Part shown: positions 28,301 through 32,000 of the stretch, piece by piece
Position numbering within the stretch: the first letter of the stretch is position 1
How the letters are laid out: the number at the start of each line of letters is the position of its first letter
From: Thermosulfurimonas dismutans
GTDB lineage: Bacteria > Desulfobacterota > Thermodesulfobacteria > Thermodesulfobacteriales > Thermodesulfobacteriaceae
NCBI RefSeq assembly: GCF_001652585.1
Contig: NZ_LWLG01000006.1
Location: 1 to 32,000, forward strand
Length of the DNA stretch: 32,000 bases
Direction of reading: 5' to 3'
Made by a program: the position numbers and the translations under genes
Notes under the pieces: model-generated
What the model was told of the DNA's origin: nothing
The model's input: only the letters and a program-made list of their open reading frames with translations
Databases searched by the model: none

Positions 28301-28459
28301 ACGTTGTGGGAGAAAGGGCTTCCGATAATCGTCTCGCTCGGCGAAAGGCTCCCCGGGGGCGATCTCCGGCCCGTGCTTTATTTGCCAGCCTAGGGATTCG
28401 AGCCAGGCCAGCGCCGCCGATTCAACTTCGGATTCAGCCATTTTATAAGGATTACTCAC
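25304..28459 (-). CDS. hsdR: Type I restriction enzyme, R subunit
   Basis: 1051 aa. The N-terminal nuclease core is [22 protein letters not shown] (D...E.K). Walker A is [14 protein letters not shown]. The DEAH box is [11 protein letters not shown]. The C-terminal helical domain is typical. The GTG start overlaps the upstream stop as GTGA. Confidence 0.95.
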   Translation of the reverse strand: MSNPYKMAESEVESAALAWLESLGWQIKHGPEIAPGEPFAERDDYRKPFLPQRLKDALARLNPELPVEALDEAFRKLVNPPGATLEARNRAFHRMLVDGVTVEYRREDGSIAGAQARVIDFDDPENNDFLAVNQFTVTEGRHTRRPDIVLFVNGLPLVIIELKNPADEEATIWTAYQQLQTYKVELSTLFTFNELLVISDGLEARMGTLTAGREWFKPWRTISGERVEDEGVPQLEVLLKGVFEPGRFLELIRDFMVYEDDGGRLTKKVAGYHQFHAVRVAVRETLRAAALTQDEGLRVREEIGRYEVRGQGGRPGDRRIGVVWHTQGSGKSLTMVFYAGRIIREPAMQNPTVVVLTDRNDLDDQLFGVFSRCQELLCQEPIQAKSRAHLRELLSREAGGIIFTTIQKFFPDEKGDRHPLLSLRRNIVVMADEAHRSQYDFIDGFARHIRDALPNASFIAFTGTPIELEDRNTRAVFGDYISIYDIQRAVEDGATVPIYYESRLAKLALPEELKPKIDEEFEEVTEREEVERKEKLKTKWAQLEAVVGAEPRLRMIAEDIVKHFERRLEALDGKGMIVCMSRRICVDLYHQIIRLRPEWHHEDDDKGVIKVIMTGSASDPPEWQPHIRNKERREFLARRFRDPNDPLRLVIVRDMWLTGFDCPSLHTMYIDKPMRGHGLMQAIARVNRVFRDKPGGLVVDYIGLARELKQALAVYTESGGRGRTALDQEEAVAVMQEKYEICCDLFHGFDWSAWKTGAPEERLALLPAAQEHILAQPDGKERFVKAVLELSKAFALAVPHEEALRIRDDVAFFQAVRSALVKRSPSDARPEEELDHALRQLVDRAVAPEGVVDIFAAAGLKKPDISILSEEFLAEVRDMPQKNLAVELLRKLLQGEIRTRRRKNVVQARRFSEMLERAVRRYQNRAIEAAQVIEELIALAREMREADRRGEELGLSEEEVAFYDALAANESAVEVLGDKTLRQIAQELVRLVRENVTVDWAQRENVRAYLRVLVKRTLRKYGYPPDKQEEATQTVLKQAEVLSEEWVKMNP

Positions 28460-29151
28460 GATTGTTGCTCCTTGTTCGATTCTATAAACGCCTGGAGATA
28501 ACTTTCATAGGCTCTTAGATCCAAATAAAAAAGCACCTCGCTAGGCCTATATTCCAAAATATCTCCCAAGACATTTATACGAACGTATTCGCCATTTTCC
28601 TCATCTACGTATTCATTAAATACAGAGTTATCTTCGTATTCCAACGGTTTTTCCGGTTCAGAGAAAGGGAACCGATGGACTGTAAAAAGGAAATGTACAA
28701 TTGCGTCTACAGCCCTAGCAACAAGAAAGGCATGGACCTTATCAAGACCTTGAAAGTCTGGTCCCTTGCCATGAGATGCGAAACCATAAGTATTCCTTAA
28801 CTCAACTATACTTTGAACAACAGTTTGAAGGCTCCCGTTTAACTTACGTATTGATTCGTTTGCTTGTTCTTCTCTAATTACATAGTTTGGTACGAGTTGG
28901 AGAGCGTCAAGGGAGGTTTTAAAAAGTTTGGGAAGCTCCCATTTTTCTTCGTATGGAATACCTCTCTCAGAAAGAATGGCTTTGCATACACTCTCAAGGA
29001 GAGTTCTAGCCAAGTCAAACACCAGGCCTGGGTTAGCCTTATTCAAAGCATCTTCAAGAGCTTCAATTTGTTCGTGAATATGAGTAAAACCGGATTCACT
29101 TGCTTCTCTGGCTCCATACATTACAAATTTAGTAAAACCCCTATTGTTCAC
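28456..29151 (-). CDS. Abi_C-like (abortive-infection C-terminal, HEPN-like) protein, 231 aa
   Basis: GTG 29151 lies 5 nt after GAGGAAAG; ATG 29121 is an alternative start. [20 protein letters not shown]...LPKLFK and [15 protein letters not shown] match my recollection of the Pfam Abi_C family (RN......HG motif). Not verified by HMM. Confidence 0.55.
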   Translation of the reverse strand: MNNRGFTKFVMYGAREASESGFTHIHEQIEALEDALNKANPGLVFDLARTLLESVCKAILSERGIPYEEKWELPKLFKTSLDALQLVPNYVIREEQANESIRKLNGSLQTVVQSIVELRNTYGFASHGKGPDFQGLDKVHAFLVARAVDAIVHFLFTVHRFPFSEPEKPLEYEDNSVFNEYVDEENGEYVRINVLGDILEYRPSEVLFYLDLRAYESYLQAFIESNKEQQS

Positions 29152-29259
29152 AAGGCTTTCCTCTTCGAGGAGATTCTCCTATTTTTGTTCGGGCTTTTTT
29201 GTACATGTCTTTAAGTTAGGATGGATTACACTCGTATATTATTCATTTCAAATAGCTAG

Positions 29260-30900
29260 CTAACACTCTTCTTCTGCGACCACCTGAAGAGCAACTTTAT
29301 ATCCCATTCCTTGCAAAAACCTCGCATTTTGCACAAGATTTAATTGACTAAAAAATGGAAGTAAAGATGTTACATCGCTTCCGATTTTCTTGCTAATAAT
29401 TACATAAGTAACCTCATAACTCGAAGGATTTGGTCTTTGTGAAGCATCAGGAATCAATTCTAAAAACCTCTCTCCGTTATCCATAGTTGCTATTTTTTCA
29501 CGTATTTTCTCTCGAACAGAACTATCTTGTAAAAACACTCTCGCAGATACTGTTCCTTGAGCAAATAAATGACTTAAAGTAGCGGATCTTGTTTTCTTTT
29601 TAACGTGAATAATCTGCTTTTTATCGGATAACAAATCGCAAAATTCTATAGAAGATACAGCATCTGTAGGCTTAATAAGAATTTTATCTAAACAGATAAA
29701 ACTATCATCTTCTTGAGCTACACGTAGATTATATTCAGATTCTCGCTCTCCAGTTCTAGCAGTAGGTAAATTATAAACTGGAGGAGGTATTGACTGGACA
29801 AAACTTTTTACGCGTTCGGCAAAGCTACTGTCAATTTCGAACCATTTTCCCTCGATTAAAACATATAAGCGACCTTCATGTATTATTTCCCACACAATGC
29901 AATTGAAAAGTGACCACTTATCCTGAAATTGTTCATTATTAATCCATCGGACTGAAACTCTATAGTTTTTTAATTTTTCAACTGTTAGGTTATTTGTCTT
30001 GTCTCCAAGTACATTTAGATATTCTTCAATATCAAGATCGTCGTACTCTTGTTGTCTTGTTCCGGTAATACGAAATTTGTCTATGGATTGCCAATCAACA
30101 ACTTCAGGTGGAGCTAAGTGAAGTTTTTCTATATTTTTGTTTTTTATTGCCTCCTCTAATTTAGAGTTTAGGAACTTAATTAGACTTAGATCTCTTACTT
30201 CGTTTAAATAGTCTACCCAGCCGAAATATTGTTTATATCGATTATCATAGTAAGCCTCTAAAATTTGCTTGCACTTTTCTCCAAGCTGATCAATTGTGAT
30301 TTGTGCAGTAAAAGTCAGAGCATCAGCTCCAGTTAATCGCTTTGCAAAAGCTTCATCTTCAGGCTCTCCTGTTACAGCCCGAAGTAAATCTCTCGAAACA
30401 TCTAAACCAAAAACTCCTAAATCTGCTCCTCGACTTGTTTGTTTTCGGGTAGCAAGCATCATGTCTTCATAAGTTCTCAAATCTAAGCTGCGCAATCTAT
30501 TCGGATGAATTCGATTTAGAACTACTTTTAGACCAAAATTAAGCTCATAACAATCTGGCTTTAAAAGATTACGGCCATAACCAAAGGTAAACGCAAAAAT
30601 CCTTTTTTCAGTTTTTATAAAAAGTACACCTGAAGCATTTGAAACACTTATCTCATTAAGATCCAAATCTAATGAGGGTTGAATAAACTCGATCCATTTA
30701 GGAGGTCTACTTAACGAAGTTGAATACCAAAACTCTCCTTCAAAAGGAAGTTCCGACCTAAGAGGAATTCTCTTAAGTGCATCAGGATTTCGTAATGCGT
30801 CCTGAAAAGAACTTATGTTATCTTTCAGCAGCAAGACCGTTAGCTTTTGTGTTTTTTTCTTAGTTGAGCTCACAAAATTTCCCCACAAACTTTTCCGCAT
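29260..30900 (-). CDS. Large uncharacterised protein (~547-564 aa), possibly TIGR04141/DUF6119-like
   Basis: Long low-GC ORF. Candidate starts are ATG 30954 (ORF track), ATG 30900 and GTG 30873; all overlap the hsdS 3' end. Motifs: KLTVLLLKDN, IFAFTFGYGRNLLKP, FGLKVVLNRIHPNRLRSLDLRT, and C-terminal SIEFCDLLSDKKQIIHVKKKTRSATLSHLFAQG. The family name comes from memory only. Confidence 0.6.
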   Translation of the reverse strand: MRKSLWGNFVSSTKKKTQKLTVLLLKDNISSFQDALRNPDALKRIPLRSELPFEGEFWYSTSLSRPPKWIEFIQPSLDLDLNEISVSNASGVLFIKTEKRIFAFTFGYGRNLLKPDCYELNFGLKVVLNRIHPNRLRSLDLRTYEDMMLATRKQTSRGADLGVFGLDVSRDLLRAVTGEPEDEAFAKRLTGADALTFTAQITIDQLGEKCKQILEAYYDNRYKQYFGWVDYLNEVRDLSLIKFLNSKLEEAIKNKNIEKLHLAPPEVVDWQSIDKFRITGTRQQEYDDLDIEEYLNVLGDKTNNLTVEKLKNYRVSVRWINNEQFQDKWSLFNCIVWEIIHEGRLYVLIEGKWFEIDSSFAERVKSFVQSIPPPVYNLPTARTGERESEYNLRVAQEDDSFICLDKILIKPTDAVSSIEFCDLLSDKKQIIHVKKKTRSATLSHLFAQGTVSARVFLQDSSVREKIREKIATMDNGERFLELIPDASQRPNPSSYEVTYVIISKKIGSDVTSLLPFFSQLNLVQNARFLQGMGYKVALQVVAEEEC

Positions 30901-32000
30901 CTTTGATGCGGATTTGACCGGAAATGAGTTTGGGAAGGAGGGTGTCGCGTACACCTGATAATGTTTGCGATTCTTTGTTGTTAGATTTTATTTTCAAAAA
31001 TAGGGGGTCAACGGTTTTTTCAAATTGGATTAATATTTCTGAAGGAGCTTCAGGAATATAGAAATGTTCAAAGGCTTCTTTAGAAACTCTTTGACGGCCA
31101 GATGTTCCTTTCATAGTTTTTACCGCAAAGTCTCTCAATTTTTCCCATCGAGACAAACAATAAATAAAATATGATCCAGCTCTTTTAGGTGAAAACACCA
31201 AAAATTCCGTTGATCCCCATCCTACTTGATCTTCTTCTAAAAAGTTAACTAAAGTTGTTTTGCCGTTTTCTAAACAGGGAGTTATGCGTGCAAATAAAAC
31301 GTCACCATTTTTAAACTTACTTCCGGAAGTAAATTCTCGGAGCTTGGGGGGAGATAGCAATTCCAATCCCGATGTGGGCAAAGATGCCATATCTACATAA
31401 GGAGCAATTTTCCCTTTGGAAAGGGAATATTTAGGATTTATCTCAATAATTTCTGTAAAAGAACTAACCCTCCACCCCTTCGGTATCGGGCCGAGGGGGG
31501 AATCCTCAAAGGAATCAGGGAAGAGCCGGGCGATTTCGGGAGAAAGTTTGGGGGTGGAGATGGCGCGGCGGCGGGCGGCCTTTTCCGCCAGGGCGTCGGG
31601 AATGGGGTTTCCGGCCTTAAGGGCGTTGTCAATCACCGGGGCAAAGTCCACAAACCAGGACTTAAAGATGGCCTTCGCCATCTCCTCCAGCGTCTCATTC
31701 ATCCGCCGATTAAGCTCTATCTTGTCATCCAGCGTGCCGAGTATGTGAGCGATGGCTTTTTGTTCGGGGAGGGGTGGAAGAGGAATTTGAATCTCATCAA
31801 ATGATTTCATGGTAATAGTATCAAATACCGTCCCATAAGAAACCGCATGCATTTCCTGTATAGAGGCTTTTAAAGCGTAGTAGAGATAATCTTGATCTAT
31901 TTTGTTTGTGTCTTTAGGAATCAAGCCATAACAAGTTTGATTAAACGCCATATTTTCGCCCAATTGGGCAATAGCTCCCACTGTTCCGCGTGCAGTAATA
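30860..32000 (-). CDS. hsdS: Type I restriction enzyme, S (specificity) subunit; 5' end beyond the window
   Basis: The frame stays open to position 32000 (..ITARGTVGAIAQLGENMAFNQTCYGLIP). Central conserved region: LPPLPEQKAIAHILGTLDDKIELNRRMNETLEEMAKAIFKSWFVDF. The second target-recognition domain and the C-terminal repeat LLPKLISGQIRIKDAE are present. Confidence 0.9.
   Translation of the reverse strand, partial: ITARGTVGAIAQLGENMAFNQTCYGLIPKDTNKIDQDYLYYALKASIQEMHAVSYGTVFDTITMKSFDEIQIPLPPLPEQKAIAHILGTLDDKIELNRRMNETLEEMAKAIFKSWFVDFAPVIDNALKAGNPIPDALAEKAARRRAISTPKLSPEIARLFPDSFEDSPLGPIPKGWRVSSFTEIIEINPKYSLSKGKIAPYVDMASLPTSGLELLSPPKLREFTSGSKFKNGDVLFARITPCLENGKTTLVNFLEEDQVGWGSTEFLVFSPKRAGSYFIYCLSRWEKLRDFAVKTMKGTSGRQRVSKEAFEHFYIPEAPSEILIQFEKTVDPLFLKIKSNNKESQTLSGVRDTLLPKLISGQIRIKDAEKFVGKFCELN

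Noticed and set aside
25996-28328. Several 100-165-aa ORFs inside or antisense to hsdR (for example 26429..26923 +, 26989..27447 -, 27945..28328 +)
   Set aside because: They are fully nested in a well-supported 1051-aa hsdR frame. Their compositions are Arg/Ser/Pro-rich and low-complexity, as is typical of off-frame ORFs in GC-rich coding DNA.
28864-29214. 116-aa + strand ORF antisense to the Abi_C-like gene
   Set aside because: It is nested antisense in AT-rich coding DNA. The peptide is Phe/Lys-rich and not protein-like, and it has no start context.
30901-30954. ORF-track start (ATG 30954) for the large embedded protein
   Set aside because: It would overlap hsdS by 95 nt and adds 18 non-descript residues. 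ATG 30900 or GTG 30873 are more economical. None can be proven from the sequence, so the uncertainty is stated in the feature.
1-32000. CRISPR arrays, rRNA genes and large (>50 bp) dispersed repeats
   Set aside because: Reading by eye found no regularly spaced direct repeats and no rRNA-like sequence. The only repeats seen are the short ones listed. A computational repeat search would be needed to exclude diverged ones.
23677-32000. Direct repeat of the tRNA-Lys 3' end (att site) marking the far island border
   Set aside because: I looked for GGTTCGAGTCCTCCGCGGCCCACCA-like sequence downstream and found none in the window. The border is probably beyond 32000, so no att site is claimed.

Overview
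The window has a core housekeeping block of about 50-60% GC, flanked by two low-GC accessory regions (GC values are hand counts on 60-nt samples). I cannot name the organism; the Lys/Glu-rich proteins suggest a thermophilic bacterium. Core genes, mostly on the + strand: a short divergent uvrA-like ABC ATPase, rsmD, coaD, an exported hypothetical, cobU (-), valS, a PilZ protein, tig-clpP-clpX-lon, tRNA-Val, tRNA-Asp, a DUF218/YdcF-like protein, gmhA, a DHS-like protein, an FmdB zinc ribbon, hemC and a cobA-hemD fusion. Left accessory region (1..3702): two ~30% GC KpsS/KpsC-type capsule genes, a truncated IS3 element, an IS256-type transposase fragment and tRNA-Glu. Right accessory region (22592..32000): a 950-bp IS with an 11-bp target duplication sitting on the cobA-hemD stop codon, then tRNA-Lys, then a defence-type island. 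The island holds a 280-aa unknown protein plus PIN nuclease pair, an integrase fragment, and a type I R-M operon (hsdS...hsdR). That operon carries a ~30-40% GC two-gene cassette between hsdS and hsdR, the position PrrC occupies in the E. coli prr locus. The cassette encodes a 231-aa Abi_C/HEPN-like protein and a ~547-564-aa (start uncertain) protein of unknown function. This cassette and the 280-aa/PIN pair are the best candidates for an undescribed system. All family assignments come from motif recognition by eye and need HMM or structure checks.
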